A DNA stretch of 63,761 nt, the filler included, from an uncultured Methanosarcinales archaeon (lineage in GTDB: Archaea > Nanobdellota > Nanobdellia > Woesearchaeales > CAYXTQ01): the NCBI GenBank assembly GCA_964608065.1. It is 14 parts of 14 records of this genome, joined end to end, with 100 filler letters (N's around TTAATTAATTAA, not from the genome) between each part and the next. Parts side by side here need not be neighbours in the genome. Positions count along the whole stretch, not along the records: positions 45,315 to 49,542 come from CAZSMA010000099.1; positions 49,643 to 53,826 come from CAZSMA010000100.1; positions 53,927 to 58,002 come from CAZSMA010000102.1; positions 58,103 to 62,077 come from CAZSMA010000103.1; 10 more parts are not named here. One strand, written 5' to 3'. The position numbers and the translations under genes were made by a program. The notes below the pieces were generated by a model. That model was not told where the DNA came from, searched no databases, and saw only the letters and a list, made by a program, of their open reading frames with translations. This document shows positions 48,634 through 58,658 of the stretch, in pieces (the first letter of the stretch is position 1; each line of letters starts with the position of its first letter).

Positions 48634-49497
48634 ATGACAAAAAAAATTTCAGGAAGTGATGATCAATATTTTTTTAATCGAGATAATGTAAGGATAAGGG
48701 AAAGAAAAATTCCAATAAACGAGATTGATAACATATTGCCAATTTATGATACTGATGGAAGACCATTCGAAGAAGCACATGTTATAAATGATGTTGAAGG
48801 AATGACAGCAGCACCTTCAGATTCTACAGTGCATTTATACGAACAACACAAAAGACATGCACATGCAAGCCCAAAATATTATAATCCTGAAGATTATGTC
48901 GATTGGGAAGAAGAATTCATCAATGGGGTTAGCAACAGACATCAAAAATGGAAAAAAGAAATGAGATATAAAAAGAAAGAAATCAAACAAAGAGAAAGAG
49001 CCCTAAGAAGAAAACAAAAACTAGAAACAAAAGTAGGAGTATATCCTATAAGCGGAGGAAAACCTTTCATCACAAACGAATTCATGGTAGAGAAAAAAAT
49101 ACGTAAAAATAAATTATCTGAAGATGATTTCACATACACAGACATAAAAGGCTTCGCATATGCTGTTGCTACAAGAGCAATAGAATCCTATAACTTAGGA
49201 GATATAAAAGCAAGTAAACTAGAAGGACTGGTCCAAGATAAATCATTCCTTAACCAAACATTTGTAAAAGACTTTAGAAAAAATCACTATAACTTGCCAG
49301 AACAGCACCTAGCGATGGACATCTTACTATGTTTAAAATACTGTAAGGATGAGTTCGAAAAATACGTTGGTGGCTTAGCAGGTAATCTATACAAATTAAG
49401 TATCATACAGCACGAAAGAATCAAAAAAAGAACACCTGAAGACATAGAAAAAAGAGCAGACCAACTACTAACACCATTATATCAAAAGAAAAAATAA
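48634..49497 (+). CDS. Hypothetical protein
   Basis: 287-aa ORF, 2 nt after the upstream stop. Confidence 0.65.
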   Translation: MTKKISGSDDQYFFNRDNVRIRERKIPINEIDNILPIYDTDGRPFEEAHVINDVEGMTAAPSDSTVHLYEQHKRHAHASPKYYNPEDYVDWEEEFINGVSNRHQKWKKEMRYKKKEIKQRERALRRKQKLETKVGVYPISGGKPFITNEFMVEKKIRKNKLSEDDFTYTDIKGFAYAVATRAIESYNLGDIKASKLEGLVQDKSFLNQTFVKDFRKNHYNLPEQHLAMDILLCLKYCKDEFEKYVGGLAGNLYKLSIIQHERIKKRTPEDIEKRADQLLTPLYQKKK

Positions 49498-49643
49498 ATT
49501 TTCTTTATTCTTTTTTATCTTCTTCTAGAACAGCTTTAATTCNNNNNNNNNNNNNNNNNNNNNNNNNNNNNNNNNNNNNNNNNNNNTTAATTAATTAANN
49601 NNNNNNNNNNNNNNNNNNNNNNNNNNNNNNNNNNNNNNNNNNA

Positions 49644-50042
49644 GGATTTTTAGCCTTTTTAACTAGCTTGATAGCCTTTTTCATAGGCATGCCTTTTGAT
49701 ATAGCTAATGGTGTTGATTTGTTGGATTTTAACAGCCCTAGTAAGGCTAGAACCATGGTTTTAACAACATCTATACTATTTCAAATGCTTTTTGTATTCA
49801 GTTGTAGAACAGATAAGCAAAGCGTATTCAAAATAGGAATTTTTTCAAATAAATGGCTGGTAGGTGCTGTGAGCATTTCAATAATATTACAAATAATTGC
49901 GGTACATACCCCTCTCAATATAGCCTTCAAATTAGTTCCATTAGATCTAATTGATTGGGTAAAAGTAACTGCTTTAGGAAGCGTCGGATTCATAGCATTT
50001 GAAATTAAAAAACTAATCACCTATAGAAAAACTAATTTTTAA
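49644..50042 (+). CDS. Cation-transporting P-type ATPase, C-terminal part
   Basis: ARTM...FQMLFVFSCR...FSNKWL...F.LVPL...DW. Confidence 0.88.
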   Translation, partial: GFLAFLTSLIAFFIGMPFDIANGVDLLDFNSPSKARTMVLTTSILFQMLFVFSCRTDKQSVFKIGIFSNKWLVGAVSISIILQIIAVHTPLNIAFKLVPLDLIDWVKVTALGSVGFIAFEIKKLITYRKTNF

Positions 50043-50229
50043 GATGAATTTAGAGAATTTTATTAAACCAAACAGAAAATATTATGAACATATCAGATTG
50101 GGAAAATCAAAATGTTGCATAACAAACAAAAAGGAAGTTTAATAAATGTTTAATGGGTTATAAACTTTAGAAATAAAAGAAAAATTGTGCAAAAAAATAT
50201 AATCAAATTTATAAGATTATAAAAAGCAA

Positions 50230-50727
50230 ATGAAATCAATAAACCCCATGAAAAAACTAAGAAAAGAGCATTCTATATTGATCTCTGAAACTGAAGAGAT
50301 AAAAAAGCTGACTGCAAAAGATGCTATGATAAAACCAGTCTTTCTTTATCAAGATGATGATGTAAACACAATAATAAAGAAGCTAAAAAAAGAGGATACA
50401 AACGTTTGTATAGTGGTTACAAAAAATAAGGAATTTGTAGGGGAGATTAGCGATGAGGATATAATTAAACTGTTTTTGTATCAAGTAAAATATGAACCTC
50501 TTACAAATATTTTGAATATTGGTTACAGAAGAGAATTTTTGTATAAAAAGGCTAAAGAATTGGTAAACAAACACAGGTCTACAGTAAAACTTGATACACC
50601 TATAAATAAGTTAATCAATTTAATATGCAAAGAAGGTTTTAATTATATTCCTGTTTTAAATAAAAATAAAAAAGTTATAGGCGTTGTTACGCCAAGTAGC
50701 TTAATTGATTTGTTACAAAATTATTAA
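50230..50727 (+). CDS. CBS-pair protein
   Basis: AKDAM, FVGEISDEDI, IPVLN..VIGVVT. Confidence 0.88.
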   Translation: MKSINPMKKLRKEHSILISETEEIKKLTAKDAMIKPVFLYQDDDVNTIIKKLKKEDTNVCIVVTKNKEFVGEISDEDIIKLFLYQVKYEPLTNILNIGYRREFLYKKAKELVNKHRSTVKLDTPINKLINLICKEGFNYIPVLNKNKKVIGVVTPSSLIDLLQNY

Positions 50728-50741
50728 TAAAAAGGTGAAAG

Positions 50742-52463
50742 ATGGCAGGGGATATATTTATAGAACTAAGCATAATTATTTGTGTAGCTGTTTTAATTGC
50801 AGGAATAATGAGGTTCTTGAAACAACCTTTAATAATTAGCTATATTATTACAGGAATAATAGTCGGACCTTACCTTATTAATATTATTCATTCAACAGAG
50901 ACTATAGCTATTTTTTCACATATTGGTGTTGCATTACTTCTTTTTATTGTTGGTTTAAGCTTAAGCCCTAAAATTATTAAAGAAGTAGGTAAAGTCTCTT
51001 TAGTTACAGGAATCGGCCAAGTTATATTCACTTCCCTAATTGGGTTTTTCATATCTAAATTATTAGGTTTTTCTACGATAGTGTCAGTATATGTTGCTAT
51101 TGCTTTGACATTTAGCAGTACTATAATCATTATGAAGCTTCTATCAGATAAAGGAGATACAGAAACATTATACGGAAAAATTGCTATTGGATTTTTAATC
51201 ATTCAGGATTTAATTGTCATACTAATATTAATAGCCATTTCATCAATCCCAAATGGATTCAGTTTTAATATTTTATTTTTTGGAACAATTTTAAGAGGAT
51301 CTAGTTTGTTAGTGCTATTGTTTTTAATAGGGATTTACATATTGCCCCGTATAACTAAAGTCATTGCGAGATCACAGGAATTTTTATTATTGTTTTCAAT
51401 TGGTTGGTGTTTGGTACTAGCTTCTCTTTTTTATTATTTAAACTTTTCAATGGAAATTGGAGCATTGTTAGCAGGTGTTACACTGGCGTTATCTCCATAT
51501 CGTTACGAAATTGAGTCTAAAATGAAACCATTACGGGATTTTTTTATTGTTTTATTCTTTATATTATTGGGCTCCCAGATGAGTTTCGTTGACATAACGT
51601 CATATATAATCCCGATAATAATATTTTCAGCATTTATATTGGTTGGAAATCCTCTGATAGTAATGGTATTAATGGGGTTGCTTGGATATACTAAAAGAAA
51701 TAGTTTCTTAGCAGGATTGACTGTAGCACAAATAAGTGAGTTTTCTTTAATTCTTATCGCTTTAGGAGTCAAAGTTGGACATCTAACAAATGAGATTTTA
51801 TCTTTTATAACCGCTGTTGGTTTAATAACCATTGCTGGATCTGCTTATATGATACTTCATGCAGATAAACTATATAATTATTTATCAAAATATTTAGGGG
51901 TATTCGAAAGAAGGGGTAAAAAAGTTGATGAACACAGATATCATAAGCACAAGGTATATGATATTATACTTTTTGGATGCGATAATATAGGTTATGATTT
52001 GCTAGATTCTCTTAAAAAAATAAAAAAGAAGTTTTTAGTTGTGGATTATAATCCAGAAATTATAATTGATCTGGCAAAAGAAAGGATCGATTGCAGATAT
52101 GGTGACGCTAGCGATTCTGAATTATTAGATAAATTAAATTTTTCAAAAGCGAAGATGGTAATTTCAACAATACCAAATTTTGATACAAATTGTTTATTAA
52201 TTCATAAAATTAGAGAGTCTAATAAAAAAACAATCATAATTGTTGTTTCTCATAGAATTGATAGGGCAATAGAACTGTATGATAAAGGTGCAACTTACAT
52301 AATTATGCCTCATTTTTTAGGCGGAGAGCATGCTTCAAAGATCCTAAGTAAACATGGATTGGATATAAATAGATTCTTGAAAGAGAAGGAAAAACATATC
52401 AAATACCTAAAATTAAAAAAAGAATTAGGTCATGAACGCATCAAATCAGAGAAACATAGGTGA
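50742..52463 (+). CDS. CPA2/KefB-like cation:proton antiporter with RCK (TrkA_N) domain
   Basis: FSSTIIIMK, QD, PLRDFF, AQISEFS, VVDYNPE, YGDA. Confidence 0.92.
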   Translation: MAGDIFIELSIIICVAVLIAGIMRFLKQPLIISYIITGIIVGPYLINIIHSTETIAIFSHIGVALLLFIVGLSLSPKIIKEVGKVSLVTGIGQVIFTSLIGFFISKLLGFSTIVSVYVAIALTFSSTIIIMKLLSDKGDTETLYGKIAIGFLIIQDLIVILILIAISSIPNGFSFNILFFGTILRGSSLLVLLFLIGIYILPRITKVIARSQEFLLLFSIGWCLVLASLFYYLNFSMEIGALLAGVTLALSPYRYEIESKMKPLRDFFIVLFFILLGSQMSFVDITSYIIPIIIFSAFILVGNPLIVMVLMGLLGYTKRNSFLAGLTVAQISEFSLILIALGVKVGHLTNEILSFITAVGLITIAGSAYMILHADKLYNYLSKYLGVFERRGKKVDEHRYHKHKVYDIILFGCDNIGYDLLDSLKKIKKKFLVVDYNPEIIIDLAKERIDCRYGDASDSELLDKLNFSKAKMVISTIPNFDTNCLLIHKIRESNKKTIIIVVSHRIDRAIELYDKGATYIIMPHFLGGEHASKILSKHGLDINRFLKEKEKHIKYLKLKKELGHERIKSEKHR

Positions 52464-52475
52464 GTTCTGACAAAG

Positions 52476-52904
52476 ATGAAACAAATATTAAAAAAATTAA
52501 GAGAACTGAATCTTAAAGAGACTAAAGAGAAACTTAAGAACATATCTGAAGATAAACAAGTAATAAAATTATTCAGGAAAGAAGATGATTCATACAAAAA
52601 AATAGTGAAAAAAATAGCTCCAGAAACAACAAAAATACTTGGAGAAGAATTAACAGCAAAACTGATAACAGAAGCAGGAAGCCTGAAGAAATTAGCATTC
52701 ATGGCATCATCAAAGATACAAGTCTTAGGAGCAGAAGCAGCATTATTCAGGCATCTGAAAGAAGGAACCAAAGCGCCGAAACATGGTGTCATATTTGAAC
52801 ATAAATCCATACAAAAAGCAGAGAATAAAGGGAAAGCTGCTAGACAGCTAGCCTCAAAGATTTCTATAGCATCAAAAAAAGATTATTTTCGAAAGAATAT
52901 ATAA
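52476..52904 (+). CDS. nop5: Minimal Nop5/Nop56-family protein (Nop domain only)
   Basis: IAP...AKLI..AGSLKKLA..SSKIQVLGAEAALFRHL...PKHGVIF...GKAARQLASK. Confidence 0.85.
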   Translation: MKQILKKLRELNLKETKEKLKNISEDKQVIKLFRKEDDSYKKIVKKIAPETTKILGEELTAKLITEAGSLKKLAFMASSKIQVLGAEAALFRHLKEGTKAPKHGVIFEHKSIQKAENKGKAARQLASKISIASKKDYFRKNI

Positions 52905-52936
52905 CCTTTATAAATATAACTTTAAACATAAGGTTT

Positions 52937-53458
52937 ATGGTAAGCAAACTAGAAGCAGCAATAAAGAAGAAAGTAAAAGTTCCGATAAAGAAGAAAGATA
53001 TAGTCCTTTACCTGGGAGCATCTCATGGGGTGACTCCTGAATTAATTTCTGAAAAAGTAGGCGAAGAGGGATTCGTATTCTGCCTGGATATATCACCAGA
53101 TGTTGTGAGAAAACTGCTGGAAGTGTGTGTGAAGCATGAGAACATGACTGCTATGCTATTCGATGCCAAAAATCCAGAAGAATACAAGGATAAAGTTGTA
53201 AAATCAGATATAATCTACCAGGACATAACCCAAAAGGATCAGGTACAGATCTTCCTGAAAAATATCCAAAGGTTTTTAAAAGATGGCGGATATTCTATAA
53301 TCGCTCTGAAGACAAAAAGCATAGACTCAATAAAAGCAAAAGAAGAGGTTCTTAAACAAGTTAAAAAAGAGTTAGAGAAAAAACTGAAAATAATAAGCAT
53401 AACAGATTTAGAGCCATACCATAAAGACCATTACTTCATAATCTGCAAGAAAAAATGA
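52937..53458 (+). CDS. flpA: Fibrillarin-like 2'-O-methyltransferase (short)
   Basis: SKLEAAI, VLYLGAS.G.T, IYQDITQKDQ, KSID, LEPYHKDH. Confidence 0.9.
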   Translation: MVSKLEAAIKKKVKVPIKKKDIVLYLGASHGVTPELISEKVGEEGFVFCLDISPDVVRKLLEVCVKHENMTAMLFDAKNPEEYKDKVVKSDIIYQDITQKDQVQIFLKNIQRFLKDGGYSIIALKTKSIDSIKAKEEVLKQVKKELEKKLKIISITDLEPYHKDHYFIICKKK

Positions 53459-53826
53459 AAAAAAACCTGCTGGAAGAAACAAGCTTGATGCTATTGAAAG
53501 AAGGCTTTACAATCAAGAATGTAACCAGATGTTTTGACCTACTTGCAAGAAAAGAAGAAAAAATAATCCTGATAAAAATAATTACTGATGCAAATTCTCT
53601 AAATCATGAGTCAATAGATGAATTAAAACATACAGCTGGCTGCATAGACGCAACCCCTTTAATAATCACAGAAAAATCTGGAAAAGAACTGGAAGATAAC
53701 GTTGTCTATTCAAGATTCGGCATCTATACGCTGAACAAGGCAACTTTCAGAAATTCTCTCAAACAAAAACTTCCTTTTGTAAAATCCGGAAAAGCTGGAC
53801 TAACCGTAACAATAGATAGAGTTAAG
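53455..53826 (+). CDS. Archaeal HTH-type regulator, COG1395-like (3' truncated)
   Basis: CFDLLAR, LEDNVVYSRFGI. Confidence 0.8.
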
Positions 53827-54068
53827 NNNNNNNNNNNNNNNNNNNNNNNNNNNNNNNNNNNNNNNNNNNNTTAATTAATTAANNNNNNNNNNNNNNNNNN
53901 NNNNNNNNNNNNNNNNNNNNNNNNNNTTAGGAATATTCGCATCAATATTATTCTATGCTTTATCTAAATTCACATCTTTTGAACAAATTATAAACTACAA
54001 CACATATATCTCTGCAATATTCTTATTGTACTTCTTAAGATCAGCAGTAAAAGGAATACCTAAGAAAA

Positions 54069-54314
54069 ATGAAAAATGTGAACTTATTTGTTAGGGGTCT
54101 GAAAAATGGATTCAAGAACTTTGGGTATAATGTAACTAATGTAGTTAATTTCATATTATTAGTACCAGTATACTTCATAGGAGTAGGTGCAACTTCACTA
54201 CTAGCAAAATGCTTCGGCAAGAAGTTTTTAGAACTTAAGGTTAAGGGAAAAACCTATTGGAAAGATAAAAAGATAGGAACCCAACCTAAGGAAGATTATT
54301 ATAGACAATTTTAA
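54069..54314 (+). CDS. SxtJ-like small membrane protein
   Basis: ILLVPVYFIGVG...TYW...YYRQF terminus, next to a carbamoyltransferase. Confidence 0.7.
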   Translation: MKNVNLFVRGLKNGFKNFGYNVTNVVNFILLVPVYFIGVGATSLLAKCFGKKFLELKVKGKTYWKDKKIGTQPKEDYYRQF

Positions 54315-54325
54315 GGTGTAAAAAA

Positions 54326-56068
54326 ATGTATGTACTAGGAATATCTTGTTTTTACCACGATTCATCGGCATGTATCCTAAAAGATGGAAAAATCATAGCT
54401 GCAGCTGAAGAAGAAAGATTCACCAGAAAAAAACATGATACAAGCTTCCCTATCAACGCAATAAACTACTGTTTAAATGAAGCAGGAATAACAGGAAACC
54501 AGATAGATCATGTAGGATTCTATGAAAAACCTTTTCTTAAATTTGAAAGACTATTACACCAACACATAGAAATGTTCCCATGGAGCTTTAAAACATTCTA
54601 TAAAGCAATCCCTTCATGGATCAATGAAAAACTTAGAGTTCCATCTATTGTCAAAAAGAAACTCAAATATAAGAAAGGTGTAATGTTTATTGACCATCAT
54701 ATGTCGCATGCAGCAAGTTCTTACTTACCATCACCATTTAAGGAAGCAGCAATACTAACAGTCGATGGAGTAGGAGAATGGGCTACAACAACAATGGGGC
54801 ATGCTAAAGGAAATAATATAACAATACTCAAACAGATAGATTTCCCACACTCTTTAGGATTATTATACAGCGCAGTAACAGCACATTTGGGTATGAGTGT
54901 GAACAATTCAGAATTTAAAGTGATGGGCTTAAGCCCGTATGGAAGGCCAAGATATTTAGAGAAATTCAAAAAAATAATTGATGTGAAAGAGGATGGAAGC
55001 TACGCATTAGACATGTCATACTTTGATTTCCATTATAAGATGACAATGCCCAGTAAGAAATTCATAAAACTATTCGGACCAATAAGAAAACCTGAATCAG
55101 AAGTAACACAACATCATAAGGATATGGCTGCAACCTTACAAAGAGTAACAGAAGAGACAATTTTTAAGATGCTCAACCATCTTTACGAAGTAACTAAATG
55201 CGATAAACTCTGTATGGCTGGTGGATGCGCATTGAATTCTGTAGCTAATGGGAAAATACTAAGCAATACACCATTCAAAGAGATATACATACAACCAGCT
55301 GCAGGAGATGGAGGAACAAGTATTGGAGCAGCAAAATATATCTATCACACTATTCTGGGAAATGAAAGAACAGACGTCCAAGAAACATCATATTTTGGGC
55401 CTGGGTTTACAAACGAACAAGTAAGAAAAGTCTTGGATGATTACAAAGTTAAATATACAGAATTCAAAACAGATGAAGAATTAATCAAGAAAACAGCAGA
55501 ACTCATACATAAAGACAACGTAATCGGATGGTTCCAGGGAAGGATGGAATGGGGACCAAGGGCTTTAGGCTCAAGAAGTATATTATCCAATGCGTGCAAT
55601 CCTGAAATGCAAGATATTCTAAACCTAAAAGTTAAACACAGAGAAAAATTCAGGCCTTTTGCACCTGTAGTTCCAGAAGAAGACGCAAAGAATTATTTTG
55701 AATGCGATGAACCAGTGCCTGTTCCAACAGACTTTATGCTTATGGTGTATCCGATTAAGAAAAAATATCATTCTCAAATTCCGTCTGTAACTCATGTGGA
55801 TGGATCAGGAAGATTACAGACAATAAGGAAACAACATAATAAGAGATACCATGGAGTAATAAAAGAATTTGAAAAAATGGGTGGACTTCCTATCCTCATT
55901 AACACTTCATTTAACATCCGGGGAGAACCGATAGTCAATGAACCATTACATGCTTACAGATGTATGATGGGAACAGGGATAGACTACCTTGTTATAGAAA
56001 ACTTCTTAGTAAAAAGAGAAGATAACCCTCAACATATGTGGGACAGTGAGCAATACGCAAAAGATTAA
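54326..56068 (+). CDS. NodU/CmcH-family O-carbamoyltransferase
   Basis: YHDSSA, AEEERF, HHMSHA, DGVGE, GPRALGSRS, REKFRPFAP, HVDGSGRLQT, NTSFN. Confidence 0.95.
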   Translation: MYVLGISCFYHDSSACILKDGKIIAAAEEERFTRKKHDTSFPINAINYCLNEAGITGNQIDHVGFYEKPFLKFERLLHQHIEMFPWSFKTFYKAIPSWINEKLRVPSIVKKKLKYKKGVMFIDHHMSHAASSYLPSPFKEAAILTVDGVGEWATTTMGHAKGNNITILKQIDFPHSLGLLYSAVTAHLGMSVNNSEFKVMGLSPYGRPRYLEKFKKIIDVKEDGSYALDMSYFDFHYKMTMPSKKFIKLFGPIRKPESEVTQHHKDMAATLQRVTEETIFKMLNHLYEVTKCDKLCMAGGCALNSVANGKILSNTPFKEIYIQPAAGDGGTSIGAAKYIYHTILGNERTDVQETSYFGPGFTNEQVRKVLDDYKVKYTEFKTDEELIKKTAELIHKDNVIGWFQGRMEWGPRALGSRSILSNACNPEMQDILNLKVKHREKFRPFAPVVPEEDAKNYFECDEPVPVPTDFMLMVYPIKKKYHSQIPSVTHVDGSGRLQTIRKQHNKRYHGVIKEFEKMGGLPILINTSFNIRGEPIVNEPLHAYRCMMGTGIDYLVIENFLVKREDNPQHMWDSEQYAKD

Positions 56069-56101
56069 ATTTAAAAACAATAAGAACATAAAGAAAATAA
56101 C

Positions 56102-56260
56102 ATGAAAAACCAAGGAATATTGATGGAATTTTGGAGATTTTTAAGAGTAAGAAAGAAATGGTGGCTATTGCCAATAATACTGATGCTTGCATTTGTAGGT
56201 GTCCTGATAATATTCGGACAAAGCTCAGCAGTATCGCCATTTGTATACGCTCTATTTTAA
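56102..56260 (+). CDS. SxtK-like (DUF5989) small membrane protein (not in ORF track)
   Basis: MKNQGILMEFWRFLRVRKKWWLLPII...SSAVSPFVYALF. Confidence 0.85.
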   Translation: MKNQGILMEFWRFLRVRKKWWLLPIILMLAFVGVLIIFGQSSAVSPFVYALF

Positions 56261-56321
56261 TCTATTTTTTATATTTTTTTTAAAGAAAAGTATTTAAACT
56301 CATTTCTATGAAGATATCAAG

Positions 56322-56915
56322 ATGAAAATACTTGCATTTGCAGATACACACGGCGATAAAAAAGCTATAAAAAGGCTTTTTGAAAAAGCAAAGAATGTGG
56401 ACTTGCTAATCTGCGCAGGGGATATCTCTAACTTTGGTAATAATTTAAGAAAAATAGTTGCTGATTTTAAGAAACTTAAGAAAACAATGTTAATAATACA
56501 TGGTAACCATGAATCAAGAGAACAGATACAAGAACTCGCTGATGAGTTCCCTTGGCTGCTATTCATACATAAAGGATCGTATAAGTTAGAGAACTACCGC
56601 TTCTTTGGTTATGGGGGTGGTGGTTTCTCAAGAGAAGATCCTGGATTTGAGAGACTTTTCAATAAATTTATGAAAACTGTGAAGAAAGGAGAGAAAGTTG
56701 TATTGATAACGCATGGGCCTCCTTATGGAAATAAAGTTGACTACATACCTTATCATGGCCATACAGGCTGTAAGACTTATACTAAACTTGATGAAAAATT
56801 CAAACCTATAGTGCATATCTGTGGACATCTCCATGAAACTGATTCTATGAGGGATAAGGTTGGCAATACTTTGGTCATTAACCCTGGAGCAGAAGGAAAA
56901 ATATTAAGAATCTAA
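56322..56915 (+). CDS. Calcineurin-like metallophosphoesterase
   Basis: DTHG, AGD, GNHE, THGPP, GHLHE, NPG. Confidence 0.92.
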   Translation: MKILAFADTHGDKKAIKRLFEKAKNVDLLICAGDISNFGNNLRKIVADFKKLKKTMLIIHGNHESREQIQELADEFPWLLFIHKGSYKLENYRFFGYGGGGFSREDPGFERLFNKFMKTVKKGEKVVLITHGPPYGNKVDYIPYHGHTGCKTYTKLDEKFKPIVHICGHLHETDSMRDKVGNTLVINPGAEGKILRI

Positions 56916-57853
56916 TTAAAAGGTAATTTTTTATCCTTATTATTGTTGGATAATAAAGTAACTCTTGAGTTCTCTTTTTCATCAATCATACTTAATCCAC
57001 TGGCTTTTGAAATCTTTTCTGAAAAACCAACAACATCTTCATGGAAAGGCATGTTACTTAACTCTAGATTCAATTTAGAGTGGCCTACCCACATGTAAGC
57101 CTTGACCTCAACAAAATCAGGGTCAGCTTTTTTGATAAGTTTAGCATACCCTTCAACATCAGTCATATTCAAATCTTTAATCAAAGTAATCCTAAGAACT
57201 TTCCGCGTATCTAAATTTGGGAGCAATTCTAAAGTTTGATTAAACTTTTTCCACGAATCATTTATTATAGGTCTGTCAATTTTTTCGTAAAGCTTTTTGT
57301 TTGGAGCATCAACAGAAACATATAATTGGACAGGAAGGTTATCTAATTTCTCTAAACTCTTTGGGAACAAGCCATTAGTGACTAAAAAAGAACATCGCTT
57401 TTGTTTTTTTAGCTCATAAAACAAACCATCTAGTTTTGGATAAAGTGTAGGTTCACCTGTAAGGCTTACTGCAAAGTATCTTGGATCCTGCGCTTCTTTA
57501 TATTTTTTAGGATTTGTTTTTTCATTACCTCCAAATCCGGTCAAAAGTTTTCTTTGTGCTTCAATACACCCTTCAATTATCTCTTTAGGTTCATCAATCT
57601 TTTTGCCAAAATCTTTTCTTGTTGTCAAAGAAATATCACGCCAACAGAAGACACATCGGTTGACACAATGGACAGAACAGGTCATCTGACAACATTGATG
57701 GCACTGGACACCATAAAACTTCTGTTTATAACAAACATCCTCATCGACTAGACTCTTCCTAGTCCATTCACAAATCTTGCAGGCCGAATGATTGCCAACA
57801 AAGCGATAGCCTTGTTTTTCCAGTATACTTTTAATCTTATCAGATACCATCAA
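56912..57853 (-). CDS. taw1: 4-demethylwyosine synthase (Taw1/TYW1)
   Basis: HSACKICEW, CYKQKFYG, CVNRCVFCWR, AVSLTGEP, EVKAYM. Confidence 0.93.
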   Translation of the reverse strand: MMVSDKIKSILEKQGYRFVGNHSACKICEWTRKSLVDEDVCYKQKFYGVQCHQCCQMTCSVHCVNRCVFCWRDISLTTRKDFGKKIDEPKEIIEGCIEAQRKLLTGFGGNEKTNPKKYKEAQDPRYFAVSLTGEPTLYPKLDGLFYELKKQKRCSFLVTNGLFPKSLEKLDNLPVQLYVSVDAPNKKLYEKIDRPIINDSWKKFNQTLELLPNLDTRKVLRITLIKDLNMTDVEGYAKLIKKADPDFVEVKAYMWVGHSKLNLELSNMPFHEDVVGFSEKISKASGLSMIDEKENSRVTLLSNNNKDKKLPFN

Positions 57854-57932
57854 ATTGATATTTTCCCGACGGTTTATAAAAGTTTTGAAAAGAATTAAAA
57901 AAATAAAAAAAATTTAAAGAAAAAATTAGGGT

Positions 57933-58002
57933 TTATCTTCTTCTCTTTCTTTTTACTGCTTTTTTCTTTACTGCTTTTCTTTTTACTGCTTTTCTTTTTA
58001 CT
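57933..58002 (-). CDS. C-terminus of a basic AVKRK-repeat protein (5' truncated)
   Basis: 15-bp repeats encode VKRKAVKRKAVKKKAVKRKRRR-stop. Confidence 0.6.
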
Positions 58003-58102
58003 NNNNNNNNNNNNNNNNNNNNNNNNNNNNNNNNNNNNNNNNNNNNTTAATTAATTAANNNNNNNNNNNNNNNNNNNNNNNNNNNNNNNNNNNNNNNNNN
58101 NN

Positions 58103-58156
58103 GATTATTTTTCCTTTCATCCATACTGTCCTATAATCTTTATTGTTAATTTTCAA
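58103..58156 (-). CDS. mtnA: N-terminus of probable methylthioribose-1-phosphate isomerase
   Basis: TTG start overlapping the hpt end: MKINNKDYRTVWMKGKII; only 18 codons visible. Confidence 0.5.
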
Positions 58157-58658
58157 CTAAAACACCTATGTACTTTAATTCTCTATATTTTTCATTAAAA
58201 TCAAGACCATATCCGACAATAAATTTGTCTGGCACTTTAAAGCCATAGTAATCAACCTTGACTCTTTTTTTTCTTCTTGATGGTTTATCTAAAAAAGCGC
58301 AGATTTTGACTGATTTGCTTTTTTTTTGTAAATACTTTTTTAGGAAATATAAGGTTAATCCAGTATCTATTATGTCTTCAATTATTAAAATATGTTTGTT
58401 TGTGATTGGTTTCTTTAATTTCTTTATGACTTTTATTTTCCCAGAGCTTTTAGTGCCGACATAACTTTTTACTTTTATAAAATCTTCATTGACTTTAACT
58501 CCAAGTTTTCTGAGCTCTGATTTAAGATGTTTGGAAAAATATTTTGCTCCTGTTAAAACTGTTACAAAATTGACTTCTTTATAATCTTTAGATATTTTTT
58601 TTGCTATTTGTTTAACTTTTTTGTTTATTTTTTTTTCTTGAATGTATTTTTTTATCAT
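58146..58658 (-). CDS. hpt: Hypoxanthine phosphoribosyltransferase
   Basis: LIIEDIIDTGLTL, LDKPSRR, FIVGYGLD. Confidence 0.95.
   Translation of the reverse strand: MIKKYIQEKKINKKVKQIAKKISKDYKEVNFVTVLTGAKYFSKHLKSELRKLGVKVNEDFIKVKSYVGTKSSGKIKVIKKLKKPITNKHILIIEDIIDTGLTLYFLKKYLQKKSKSVKICAFLDKPSRRKKRVKVDYYGFKVPDKFIVGYGLDFNEKYRELKYIGVLVEN

Noticed and set aside
54069..56260. Saxitoxin biosynthesis
   Set aside because: Only the generic carbamoyltransferase trio is present; no sxtA/sxtG-type core genes
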